Notes: generated by a model from the letters alone, not told the origin. A stretch of DNA of 62,777 nucleotides, filler included, from Choristocarpus tenellus KU-1152 (GCA_964200185.2; 7 parts of 7 records of this genome joined end to end with filler, not necessarily neighbours in it); one strand, 5' to 3'. Counted from the first letter of the whole stretch, positions 1 to 21,331 are shown. Numbers and translations are program-made.

Positions 1-44
1 AAATATACACCCCAAAAACCCACCACAAAACTTATGTTCTCCTT

Positions 45-81
<37 letters not shown>

Positions 82-512
82 AGGCCTCTCACTCTAGTAC
101 AGCTCTCAACAACACCTTCCACCATATGCTGCTAGGCAAGCAAAGTCTAACCACTTTGAAGTCAAAACCTCATGGTGTGCAGAAAGCTACAGCATTTACC
201 CTCCTGTTGTAGAGAACAAAAGTTGCTTGAACCGATGTCTTCATCTACCAAGAGGATCCACCAGCTTATCCCTCTTCCCCAAGGCAAACTGCTACACACA
301 CCACAGAATCAGAAACTGCATGCCGTTTCCACACCAAGAGGCACATTGAAAATATACAACAACTCCATACACCAGGACCAGAGACTCCATCCGTGGGACG
401 ACGACGACCTACGACATGACTAAAGGACACCACTTAAGCCTCTTGAGGTAGGCAACAACAGGCTTCCCATCAATACTCTCTTCACACTCCAAGTCCATCG
501 GAAAATAATTGA

Positions 513-1949
513 CTACAAGTTGTTGATGAGATGGCTCATCCGGTCTGCCTTTGACTTGAGATACCGCTGGTTGTGCTTATTGCTGGGCACGACAATTGGG
601 ATACGCCCTGTGATCTTCACCCCGGTGGCCTTGAGCCAGTTCACCTTGTATGGGTTATTGGTCATTAACCGCACACTCTGTGCAATCAAGAAGGAAGGGG
701 AACATAAAGCCTTCCAAGGTCAATCCAACGACGTACTTGTGTGTACCGACCGGGGTTAGGGACGAAATCACAGATATTTGATATCACAATGTGGCAAAAA
801 ATATACAGTGTATTCTCAATCATTGGATTTAAAAAAAAAACATGTCAGGGTCAGAAAACACAATTATCTGCTGCGGGATTGACCCTTATCTTATTGAAGT
901 AACTGGAAGAGAGGAATAAAGAACAAGAACCAGTGTCAGTTTCTTTTTTATTTTGCTATAAGCGAATAGAGTCGTATTTCTCAGAAACTGGTGTTCACAT
1001 CAAAACTCTCTTGCATGACTTCAGATCATGACACACAAAACGCAACGTTAAATAGGACGAATTCCCACCATGGACTATCGTATCAAGATGTATGCTACAG
1101 AACTTGTTATCTAAGGCTTGTAAACTGTTTCTAAAAAAAACAAGTATATATATTTTTTACAAGGTGGAGGAAAAACGCCTCACTGAAATTCAATTTCAGC
1201 TCACTGTGAATCAAGCATGGAGCGAACAAGGTAAGACTCTGACCCAACCATGCACTCCACAACACAACTCCTGCACTGTATCCAGTCCGTTTCATACCCT
1301 AACATTGCCATCTCCATCTGTTTCCGAATTTACCTCATTCCCTCTTTCCCAAAATACAGCACTTCCAACCTGAAGGGAGGTAGGTACCGGCTATGGTCTG
1401 ACTCTGGTACATGACTGGAGGACTATTGCAGTGATAGTGTCTAAGAACTAGATATGTGCAGTTATGCATTGTTGCTCTAATGACCTAGTGGAAGAAAAAG
1501 AGCCCACATTCTCATCTTGTGGGCTCCGTTCATTCTCGTTCTTAAGAGAAAAAGGGTTAGATAGCCCTAAACCTATCACTTCAAACACAGTATCAAAGGT
1601 GTAGATAGCCCTAACCTTGTCATTTCAACATCAATACAAATAGTGTGATAGCCCTGACCCCTGTCATTCCAATGTCAGCATAAAAGGTAAAGGAAAGGGC
1701 TTGAAAAACATGGAGGTATTGCCAAACAACACCAATGCGGCCCTGTTGTGCAGGAATGTTCAGTTTGGCTGCATGATCCATGCTACGCAATATTTACGAA
1801 AACAAACCCTGCATATTTTAAATCATATTTTGAATCATCACATAACACTAACCCTATACACCCTGACCAAGTCACAGTCAGGGAGCCCTTAACTCAACTG
1901 ACCAAGATGACAGATGCATATAAAAAACAGGTACCTCCGCAGTCGGCTG

Positions 1950-2010
<61 letters not shown>

Positions 2011-2151
2011 TGTTTTTTATGGGCTGTTTTTTTTTGTTGCCCTTTTTTCCGCCGGTTCGGGTCTTTTTTTTTTTTTTACANNNNNNNNNNTTAATTATAC
2101 TGAACAATATAAAAGATGCATATAAAAAACCGGTCCCTCCGCAGTCGGCTG

Positions 2152-2189
<38 letters not shown>

Positions 2190-4708
2190 ATTTTTCTGTC
2201 CATGGTCACTTTGAAAAGCAGTTGATGCGAGTCTGGATTCCGATCAAGTTCATCAAGATGCACAAGTCGTTTTTGACCTTTTTCACACACTTACTTGAGG
2301 GTGGCTGCCAACAGACGCGAAAGCAGTTACAGTCAATACCATAGGATGGCCAATGGCAACCTCGTTAGGAATAATTACAGGAAACTAGATTTGCTATCAA
2401 TTCTTCAACCTTGAAGGACCTGCCCGAAAAAGTATTGGAAAAAACATTCTGAGATAAGAAATGCCAGGAAATTTCTTGTTCTCATCAATGTACGGTGCAA
2501 CGCTATCGCTCAGAAACACAGCTCTGGGGTCCTTCTCTAGCAAACTGCGGTCAGATTATTTGATGCTCTGGAGCTGGTGTGTAGACTCTGTACAGACTGA
2601 TCTGCACATCCTAGTAACTCTGGTTTGTCCTATAGCATATTTTGGATATTCCTGGAGATGGGTGCTGCAATGCACAATCAAGGAATCAACAGACCTTTCT
2701 GAACATCCGTGGACAAAATACATTTTTTTTTTTTAATTTCAACCTTTCCACACTCCTCTCGCCAAGAGGCCGCCATCACAGGATCATCCTAACCCTAACC
2801 CTCGGTTCTTTTTCCAAGTAAAAAAGCTTAGAAGTATGGTTAGCAAGCTCTACATTGTAAGAGTTAGGGTTAGGGGATAGAGAGAATGATGGATTGGATC
2901 GGTTGATCACAGCACAACAGGTATCAAACTAAAGACCTCTCCTGTCTCCTTGTGAATATCTCACTCATTGTTCTCAATGCTTGTGCATTTCCACTGCCTG
3001 TACATTGGGATCATACAACCAAAACAACATTGATCTAACAAACTATACAGCATCAAAGTTCGGTCCAGGGAGGGGTATATGAGGGGGGCAATTTTCTTCC
3101 TTTTTGGACAACAACATTTCTTTTGATGTATACCCTGCATCAAGGATAACTCACCTTGATATCCATGTCCCTCAGAATAAAATCCACACATTCATAAGAA
3201 CGTTGGTCATCCTTGAAGCCTAGGCGCCGGTTAGCATCCACTGTATCAAGACCACCATCCTACACACCACAACCCAGCACATGCATGGTTGATCAGTGCG
3301 GAAAGTAGGGTAGTTCACAAAAATGGTGACGATGTGAACAGAAGGAAGGAAGAGGAGCTGCCACTATGGCAATTATCCACTATGGCGGGAGAGTGGTTCC
3401 TTGACCATCTCAAAAAGACCATCAAGAGTATGGTCAAAAGGTGCATGTCCAGAAGTTCGACCTGTTACGCCAAACACATGTAGAGGAACAACTCAACAAG
3501 GTGCGCGATTCCAAGTCTAGTAGACATTGCTTTTTGCTTCGAGCTTCACGACAAGTATCATTTGCACCATGTGTCTTCGAACCTGAAGGGCGTAGGCTGC
3601 GACCTTATTCGCCAGTCCGATACCCCGACCCTCCTGCTGGAGATAGATAACCGCCCCCCCATGCTCCTGAATGTATTGAAGAGAAAGATCAAGCTGCTCT
3701 CGACAGTCGCACCGTCTGGAACCAAGAACCTTTAACCGTTAGGAAGGAAAGTACACAAGAAGTGCAGATGACAGCGGAGAAGAGGCGAAAATAAATTCAT
3801 TCACTCCGAACAGAAGCGGTCGAACGAGACACCGTGCTTAAGCGTAATGCCTAGATCGTACATGATGTATGTTGAAGAAATGATGGAACTGGGGACCAAA
3901 CCGAAACATTACATGTGTGTATCGTGAGTCGCAGAGTACTGGTCACGCCTATCATCTCGCTATACACCATTGAGTCATCGTTGAAACATAATGTTGGTAC
4001 AGATTTACTCACCTCGGATGTCTGACACTGATCGTGGACGCGAATGGGAATATGTTCTCTTCCTTTAACGTCCCCTGCAACCATCACCACTGGCTCGTGG
4101 AACTTGTCTGGCCCGTTGTACCTGTACGCACGAAGGCGAAAATCGCCTTTACTCGTAGGGAGATCACACTCTGAAACGAAGCTGGTACAGCCCTGACCTG
4201 AAGCTATAGCGTGCGCTGCAGCCCATCCTCCTGGAGCTCGGGGGGTTGCATCCCCTCTCCCTTTATGTCTCGATCGGGGAAATGGGTTAATAATAGCACT
4301 TTTCCGCTTGAAGCCGACATTGCGGTGTTCTTCACCCCTTACTTGTCCCATCTCAGTTTTTAGACCTAGCTTGTCGTGTGCGAGCCTTGCTCTTTTTTTC
4401 TCTTGAGATGGACCAGTGCCAACCTCGTCATCGCCCAGTTCGTCCTTGTTGACGTGGAGGTGAGATGCATCCACCAACCTTAAAACTGCTATGTCCGATT
4501 CCTCACAGGACGTTGATCCATCTGAGTGGCAAATATCATCGATCGTCCTTGCCACCTCTTTCGCTCCTGGTCCAACAATAACCCCACCAAACATGTACAC
4601 TGCTTTGCGCATACCTCTCTGTGCACTCATGGTGTCGTTTCCCTCCTCATCACCATTCACAGACGGATTTTGGTCCACGTCCATCGTGGTGTCTAGTCCA
4701 TGACACAT
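513..4708 (-). CDS. ribA: GTP cyclohydrolase II (riboflavin biosynthesis), 4 exons: 4708-4013, 3729-3583, 3259-3155, 677-513
   Basis: The spliced translation contains the GCH-II motifs LPTSKGDF..., [13 protein letters not shown]|[13 protein letters not shown] (Zn-binding Cys), [22 protein letters not shown]|[14 protein letters not shown] and [11 protein letters not shown]...[12 protein letters not shown]. All introns are GT-AG and phase 0. Confidence 0.95.
1560..1686. repeat. Diverged tandem repeat, ~43-44 bp x 3, in ribA intron 3
   Basis: GATAGCCCT(A/G)A(A/C)C..TCA.T.CAA recurs three times. Confidence 0.7.
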
Positions 4709-5027
4709 TCCTGATTCAAAATTGGACTAGGGCTTTTATTGGGATTGCCAAAATATTTTCCAAAGGTTTGACTTAGGTGCGATGTGTTCACGTTTTCGAG
4801 AAGAAGCAAGCGGCTGAGATAGTAAGTGAAGGGCTTCTCATATTTGACGACGTCACGATTGTCTGCTCTGCACTATTGAAGAATCAGGAAAAAAAATGAT
4901 TGTTTAGGGTTAGAGGATAAAGGGTTAGGGAATGTGATCACCCTCTATTCACTATCTTGATGGTTGCCAGTGCTTTGGGACCTTCACTGTGACCTCTACC
5001 TTTGTCACGCAAGCACCTGAATCTAAA
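4709..5027. promoter_or_regulatory. Short divergent intergenic region (probable bidirectional promoter) between ribA and RPL30
   Basis: The two start codons point away from each other only 319 bp apart. The spacer has TTAGGG-type motifs at about 4903-4930. Confidence 0.6.
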
Positions 5028-5924
5028 ATGGCCCCCGGAAAGAAGTCTGTGAGTAATGAAAGGAGAAGATATGGAATCGAGGGGTGACGGTCCTGAACTA
5101 TAAACTGCAAGTCGATCCCAGCACCCGTGTGAACCTTGTGGCATGGCATTTCTCGATGGCTTGTCCACATGGGGATGGGTTCGCGTTACTTTCAAGTTCC
5201 CGGGAGATCCGTTTCCCATTCAATGGGAACGGGGACGGGATCTACGCTATCCTGTTGCTATACCTGTCACATGACTTGTGGATTACAACGAGCTTTGGTG
5301 GGCCATTGGAGACGAGATGTTATGCCATGCTTGTTGCTTCTCATCATACCTTGATTCCTTGTCTAGCACTTGTGGGTTCTCATAGATAGGTAGTGCCTGA
5401 ATAGGTATATTGCAGCCATTATCTTTGGGTAATGTATTATCCTTCGTGTCCTTAAGGGATTCTGTAGGTGTAGAACCCTTTGAGGAGATTAAGAGACCTA
5501 GAAACACGTCCCCTACCTTAGCCTTTTTGTTTCTACCCTTTGTTTAAGTTAACCATCTCCTTGTTTCGTTCTTCCTCTTACCTTTTAAATTACCTACTGG
5601 CAAGAGCAGAAGAAGGCTATCGAGTCGATGAACTCTCGACTCCAGCTCGTGATGAAGTCAGGCAAGGCCGCCCTGGGCTACAAATCAACCCTCAAGACCA
5701 TGCGTAACTCGAAGGCTAAGATGGTGCTAATCTCCAACAACTGCCCTCCTCTGCGTAAGAGTGAGATCGAGTACTACGCCATGTTGGCTAAGTGCTCAGT
5801 GCACCACTACACTGGATCCAACACTGACCTTGGGACTGCATGCGGCAAGTACTTCCGTGTGTCTGTCCTTTCTGTAACGGATGCCGGTGACTCGGATATC
5901 CTCCGCCAGATTCCCGAGGCGTGA
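5028..5924 (+). CDS. RPL30: 60S ribosomal protein eL30, 2 exons: 5028-5048, 5610-5924
   Basis: MAPGKKS|[29 protein letters not shown]...[18 protein letters not shown]...[11 protein letters not shown]...DAGDSDI is the canonical eL30 sequence. The intron is GTGAGT...CAG. Confidence 0.97.
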
Positions 5925-7739
5925 TAAGTCTACATCACGAAAGAGGTTCCCAATCGTGGAGATGGTGTCACTCTACAACGAGTGTCTTGCCTCCACAAGC
6001 ACAATAAAAAATAATTACTAACTTCGAGAAAAAAAAACACCATAATGCAAAGTGAACGAGATGTGTCATTTTACCTGGCTGATCACTTTGACATCGATTT
6101 CTCTCCACTCTCACCATCTTTTGTGGGCTCGAAGTGTCTTCAATTTATGCACGGAGAGTCAAGTCTTCTTCAGAAGATATTTTTTGCGTACTGTCACAAC
6201 TCAATATACGGTCTTCAGTGCTGCATACTATCCACCCCATAACCTTCAATCCCTAGAACTGGAAATTCTTCAGATTAAACAAAGGTAGTTGGTTTCGAAT
6301 TTGTAATGCAATCACCCCACCAGTAAACAGAATTGCTGAACCATATTTTACCAGGGCAAGATTAGGTCCTTAAGACATGTCCTGTGCTTGGTAATTATAG
6401 GGGGTCATGACGCATGTATGATTTCTCTTAGTCTCGTCATGAACTCTAAATCTACGTGTCAACAGGTTTCACAGAGTTGTCAGGTTATCCTAATTGCTAC
6501 ATGGAGGCACAGTACATACGCAGTTGCACAAATGGTAAAAAAAAAAATTTGGTACCACATTAACTTGTGAAACAGAGTTGCTGAGTTTGTCAAGTGACTA
6601 GATATCTTGGTTGTATCTTGATCCATCAACAGAGTGTCAGGGTGTTAATGAAGTAGAGGTTTGGTGTGGAAGATCTACACAAAATTCTGAGTTGCCACTC
6701 TTGAGTACTAGATTTTGGACGGTTACTTGAAATACCTGGGAAGGCTTTTTGTGTTGTTAGGAAGGCAGTGTAGTACAGCACATAGATATGAACAACTGAA
6801 TTCTTTTTATTTTAGTTTTCGGGGATAGCTTGAGTAGGTAGGCAGAGGTTCATCCAATTAAATTGTCGTCTACTAGAACACTTGAAAGTAATCATTCTTG
6901 ACACCACACGAAAAGCTACTGTGGTTGGTACTTATCGCAATTGATTGGCAACAAACTGGAAGTGCCCAACCTAATGCGTTAGTTTCTTTCATGTTCTTAT
7001 CGTCCAAGTATTTTGCTAAACCATTCAATACATCGGAATTATTTCCACCCAATTTTATGGACTGTGCTCACTAGCTGGACTCATGCTCGAATGAACAAGA
7101 TATTGGGGTTCGTATTGTTACCCAGAATACTTGTAAGTTACATCGCATCGTCTGAATTACACCTGTCAAAACATGAAAATATTATTTTCTTGAACGTGTA
7201 TAAATGAACACATATACGAAGTAGTAGTAGGATCGAACAAGTCACTTGAGACCTTTCCTATATGATTCAAGGATAAGTCATTTTGTGATTACTAAAAATT
7301 CGGTCATACCCATTATCCACCACCTCTTAACCAATGAGATAGAAACAACTGCACACGTTCTAGGGTGGATGAGCAAGGTAGAGAGGCGTGGAACGATTAT
7401 TGTACGATGAATTGTGGGTGGAGGATGATGAAATGATTGACCACATTTTTTGTGGGATGTGGGAGGGAAGTATGGGTTGAAGGATGGAATGATTAGTAAA
7501 GGAGATACAAGAATATAAATAAATAATAATGTTCCACTCAACGCGCGGGATGATACGCGCGAATGTCAACATATGATTGAATGATGGCGCGCGACGAATT
7601 TCATTGAAAAAAAAAGAGTGAAAACTCACAGCCACCCACCCCTCTCACGGGAAACAGTGGAACCGAGGCAAACTGGGTTAGGAGCAGGAAGACGTCGCGA
7701 GGCAGTCTTTCCCCCCTCCCAGGGAGGCTTCCCTTATAC

Positions 7740-8204
7740 CTCCACGAAAAACTATAAAAAGCAGATAATCCCCCTATAAACCCATAAAAAATCACCTCCC
7801 AACCGTACCATTCCTCCACACGTACAACCACCGCATCCCAGGTGAGCGAGGGTACAGGTTCAGCTGCGGTACAAAAGTCAGGGATGAGTGTGCACAGTCT
7901 CTGCTCGTGCTGTTTGGTTTTCCCACCTACCTTACCTGTCGAAAAACCTGTGTCATGATCACATATTGAAGGATAGATGGCACTTAGTCTGCCGTTAAGA
8001 ATCTGGGCTTCTTTTAAGTGCGATATGTAGTCTCCTTTGCAAATTAAGTGTGAGCCAATCTCTGACCTTTGTTCTTGCGCAATTTTTCTGTTTGTTTTTG
8101 TCTGCCTTTCCGCTGTTGTAGTAAAGCCTGAGCTCGTCTCCTCAATTGTCACAACCTCTGGAGGAAAAGTATTCACTTGTAATTTCTCACGACCCATTCA
8201 ATAG
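7740..8204 (+). other. Probable PABP 5'-UTR exon (A-rich) and 5'-UTR intron 7842-8204
   Basis: Strong donor CAG|GTGAGC at 7841/7842 and acceptor TTCAATAG ending at 8204, 7 nt before the PABP ATG. Oligo-A runs lie at 7747-7791. The transcript start is unknown. Confidence 0.55.
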
Positions 8205-8211
8205 CATAAAC

Positions 8212-16995
<8,784 letters not shown>

Positions 16996-18758
16996 GCATG
17001 ACACAAGTAGAGTTTTCTTTTGCCTTTGTTTTACAACTTCAGGGGCATTGTTGCCACCCAAGTACTTATGGTTCAGTGGCCTATTGGGGCATCAGTGGTG
17101 AAGGCAGCTAAAAGAATGTCTGAGTAGTGAATCTTTGGTTGGCGTTTTCACACTGGTGCTGTCTACAAAGGGAGAGATTGTTGACTCTTAAGAGGTTTGG
17201 TTTGTATGCTTGCGCGTTTTGAGTGGGGAGGGCTAGGGAGGTGGGAGGGGATACCTGGCACAGCTGTTTTTGCTTATGTACTCTTGGCAATGTCTAGTTG
17301 AAAGTGCTGTGCAACAGGTGCTGCCTACCCCTCATTCCCTTTTAAGGTTGTTGCTCTCTTGCTTGTCCTCTGAAAGTGAGGAGGAAATGATGTTGCTATT
17401 CTGGTAGTGTCAGTTTGTGAAGGGGCATTGTGCACATGGTGGTGCATGCAAATTGATCATGTTGATTTTGCCTTGGGTGGGGCTGACAAGTCCCTGAGAG
17501 AGAGAGAATGAATATATGTTGTCCATGAAAAGATGAAGAATCCTTCACCTCTCTAGTTACATTGTGACTACAGTTTTGTGCACTGTGATGAGTTGCTTCA
17601 GTCTCCTAGATTGATGCAATTTTTGTGGGGGGGAAACAGAAACACACTCCGTGATGACCGCAGTGGGCTGCCTGCTGTTCTTTTCTTACTTGTAGTTGAG
17701 CTGATGCCATGTCTATGCTGAAGATTTGCCTACACATTGTCAACTCTACGTGGCCTCTGTGGTCACAATTATTTGTTCTTTTCCTGCAGATTTTTTTCAT
17801 ATAGTAAGCAAGTGCAGGTGCAGCATTAAGTCTAGAGCTGCCTGAAGAAACATTATACAATTGGCCCTGACCCTGACTGGCACTGTGGATCTGCTTTCAC
17901 ATCATTGCCATAACCCATGTTGCTTGGATCTTGACCTCTGCTCCGAACCCATTTTTGCTCATTCATACACTGGTCACCGCAAAAGGCATCAACGCCATCA
18001 CATGGTAAGTTAGAATATGGTATACCTCCTGAATAACAATATTTCCAAATGTTGCCAAATTAACTATGGCTGGAGGAAGATTTACTTGTTGATATACATT
18101 AAACACTAGATTTACAGCTAACCTTACCCCTGTTTGAAGGTCTTACGTCAGTAGTGCTTTCTGTCTAGAACTCCTTCAAACCGCAACTCATGGCAGAGTA
18201 TTAATGTTTAATTTTATTGTACATCACACAATTCTTTTTTGCCTGATCACATTTATTTTATGTTCATCTAAGCATACTATAAAATGGACCTGTGCATGTT
18301 GTTGGTGAACTTGACAGATCGCAAACACTACATAAAATATTCCAGTAACCCATCACAAGTAAGCTATGTTTGTGTTTACAAGGACTGGAGGTTAGGCTTG
18401 TAAGGGAGTGAGTTGTATGGATATCAATGGTTGACACAGAAATTAGATGGCAAAGGAAGTAGCAGTAGATCCAGTCTTTTTGTTGTGCATCAACAAATCC
18501 CCAACAGCAAGTTAAGTTTCAGCACTCTCTAGCACATGGTGGTGGAGGGGCAGTATGAAGGCATAAAGTTCGGTACAACAAATCATCTATTAGTGTTAAA
18601 AATGCGGAACCTTTCCTGGCTAACTCAGTCTTTCTCTGAGGATATTCGTTGGACTCAGTTTTTGAATTGACCCAAAATAACTAGATATCTAATTAACCTT
18701 TGAAACAAAAAATGGAAGCCGGTATGTCTACTTTTTAAACAGCTACGTTTTAACTTTC

Positions 18759-20093
18759 TTAGTCCTTCTCCAAAGAGTGACTCTTCCTCAAGAGTCCACA
18801 CGATCGGCTTGCAATGTTGAGGAGTCGTTTCACCTCTCCGTTGAAAAGGTCGACAAAATCATGCAGAGAGAAGGCCTCCTTGTAGCCCACTGGGATAACC
18901 ATACGTCTCCACGCACTCAAGTCTGATGTCACCGATCATATCAAGAACCACCACAGGAAAAAGGAAGAAGATTCAGAGTGTATACATCTATACCAAATGG
19001 AAATTGCTTCATGGATATTGAGTTAGGTAGTTAGGTAGGAGAGTTGAGGGAGGGTCTTTGCTTTTTATACCCTCGAAAAATATTGATCCTACTCCACAAC
19101 TGTTCCCAGTTAGTTGACTTTGCACCACATCTCTTTTCCCCTCCTGTCATCCTGACCCAAATATAATGCTCTGGACATGCCGATGAGTGTGAGAGTCTAA
19201 TGAACACAGGATAAATTTAGCAATAAATCACCATCCCTTGGGAGGGTCTACTGTTAAAGCACACAACAATAGGTACAGAGATGTTTTGGAATCCACATAA
19301 ACAAAGCAAGCAGCTAAACTGTCCTCCCCATCAAGACACATGCTTGAAACCCTCCACACCCCCAAGAAATCTAGAAGAGTCTGTACAATTTCATCCTCAC
19401 CAGGTATGCTCACCCACCACCGCATCTCTCCTTCCCCTCTTGATTGTGCCACTCTTGAGCACTGAACACAGGAAGATGACACCTCCTGTTAGAGTAGTTG
19501 AGGGGAAGCAGCAGTGAAAGCACATAAATAACAAGAAATGACTGGGAATGTGTTGGCCATTGCTCTTGATATTGCTGTAGTAGAAGGGGGCGGGGGCAGG
19601 GGGNNNNNNNNNNAAAAAACGAAAAAGGCGGGGGAGGGGGTGGGCCATGGCTTTTGATTGGCGGGGAGAAGAGGGGGGGGGGGGCGGGGGGGGGGGAGGG
19701 GTTGTGCTATTTCACACAACCAGGCTTTCACTCCACTTTGCCAAGAGGTTTGCATCTTGAGGTCCACTCCATTTGGTCACCACTATTGGAAGAATAGACT
19801 GGCAAACCTTGGCTGTTGTATATACATACATCCCTTCATGTCGCCCTAGCATTGCATGATAGTGCTCAGCGTGAATCTCTTCGTTCAACATATATACCTC
19901 TCACCTCAAAAACAGCTAGCTCACAGTCAGGCCCAATCACACCCACTAGATGGAGACTCTTTGGTGGAGGCCATGGTGTGCTTGAGATGGTCTTTGGATC
20001 TCCTATCTCTAGTCGACAAGCTCCTTTCAAAGCAGGAAGAGTAATAACTGTGAGTGTTGGTGACACACCATTGATGCATTCTTGAAGACACCT
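18759..20093 (-). CDS. 3' part of an uncharacterised protein, exons 20093-19905, 19798-19721, 19461-19401, 18922-18759; upstream exons unresolved
   Basis: Four AG/GT-bounded segments splice in compatible phases (0, 0, 1) into one open frame: RCLQECINGVSPTLTVITLPALKG...LAVFE|SILPIVVTKWSGPQDANLLAKWSESL|CSRVAQSRGEGEMRWWVSIP|DLSAWRRMVIPVGYKEAFSLHDFVDLFNGEVKRLL...EKD*. No family recognised. Confidence 0.6.
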
Positions 20094-20833
20094 CTGAAGG
20101 AAAACAAATATAGAGCAACATAAAAACGATATTTTGAAAGACCCAACTCTACCTAAGGCCTAGACTGTTTCCATCTCATTTCCCATAATCAATGACCAGC
20201 TTCCTCATTACCCCTGCAGTATCGCAAGATCATATGATCTATCCTTTTATGCTGTGCCTGCACTTAAGGCGCCAACCACATCGGAAACCCCACTGATGCA
20301 TCATGTGCCTACCGAGGATTTTCTCAGACATCACATTGTGTGCCATAGCGTGCACTGAGCTGGGGGTAGTGATGGGGTGATGTCATCAGTTTCACCAACA
20401 GTTACCACACAGAACATTTATCCCTCGTCATCCTACTTTCATCATAACCTCTACACATCTTACAAGCTTATACTCGAAATTACACATTGGAGGAAGGGTT
20501 GCACCCACAACATTTGATAGTCTTTGTACTGGAAGCACAAACATTGATAAACTGAACCAGTGCCCCGAAAATCAAGAACTGGATCCAGAAATGAGGGGCA
20601 GGACATGGTTTGAGTGGCATGAACAAACAAAAAATTGAAAACATATGCACCAAAAAATATTATAGTCATAGTAGTGCACATTCACAACCCTCAAGCACCA
20701 TCACCCACAGTCCACAGCCAACACCTGTCAGTACACTCAACACAGTTAACATTAAGCAAAAAGCAAACAGCAACACACACACACACACACACACATACCA
20801 ATGCTGCTCCCCTATCCCCCCCCCCACAAATTC

Positions 20834-20933
20834 NNNNNNNNNNNNNNNNNNNNNNNNNNNNNNNNNNNNNNNNNNNNTTAATTAATTAANNNNNNNNNNN
20901 NNNNNNNNNNNNNNNNNNNNNNNNNNNNNNNNN
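20834..20933. other. Artificial scaffold linker N44-TTAATTAATTAA-N44 (also at 36298, 40489, 46448, 53800, 57766)
   Basis: The identical 100-nt six-frame-stop spacer occurs six times. Confidence 0.98.
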
Positions 20934-21118
20934 GGGTGGATGTTTGGGGGGGGGGGGCGGAGGGGTGTCGGCGTCCGTTTTTCACCCTTTTTTCGATTTT
21001 CACTTTTTTTGGTGTGATTTGGTCGCACGTGTCGGATTTGAAATGTCAGCAAAAAAAGAGTTCGACCGAAACGGACGCCCCCTCACAAACCACCCCCCTC
21101 CCCAAGATACTTTGACCC
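20934..21118. mobile_element. MITE family B-related copy, left end lost at the scaffold start
   Basis: Ends in CCCCAAGATACTTTGACCC, the reverse complement of the GGGTCAAAGTATCTTGGGG terminus seen at 62756. Confidence 0.6.
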
Positions 21119-21331
21119 ACTATACCACAACAAGGCAAACAACCACATCATCCTCTTACTCTCAAAAAACAATATAGACAAGTACTTATGTTCTGACTTC
21201 AAGTACACATCTGAACAGAGGCATGGCATATGTTCTACGTGACAGAACATCAAAGCTATGTTGGGTGTGCTATGCCATGCTGTACACTACTGCCCACTAC
21301 TGTCTACTTCATCAAAAAAGGTACAAGACAC

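Noticed and set aside
1912-2185. Duplicated GATGCATATAAAAAAC...GTCGGCTGTC + poly(T), and the poly-Phe/poly-Lys ORFs
   Set aside because: The two copies flank a 10-N gap with low-quality homopolymer sequence; most likely unmerged overlapping contig ends.
7601-8197. 198-aa minus-strand ORF
   Set aside because: Antisense to the PABP promoter and 5'-UTR intron with no recognisable motif; probably a chance ORF.
20878-20889. Recurring TTAATTAATTAA palindrome between N runs (six times)
   Set aside because: Artificial six-frame-stop linker used to concatenate scaffolds, not biological.
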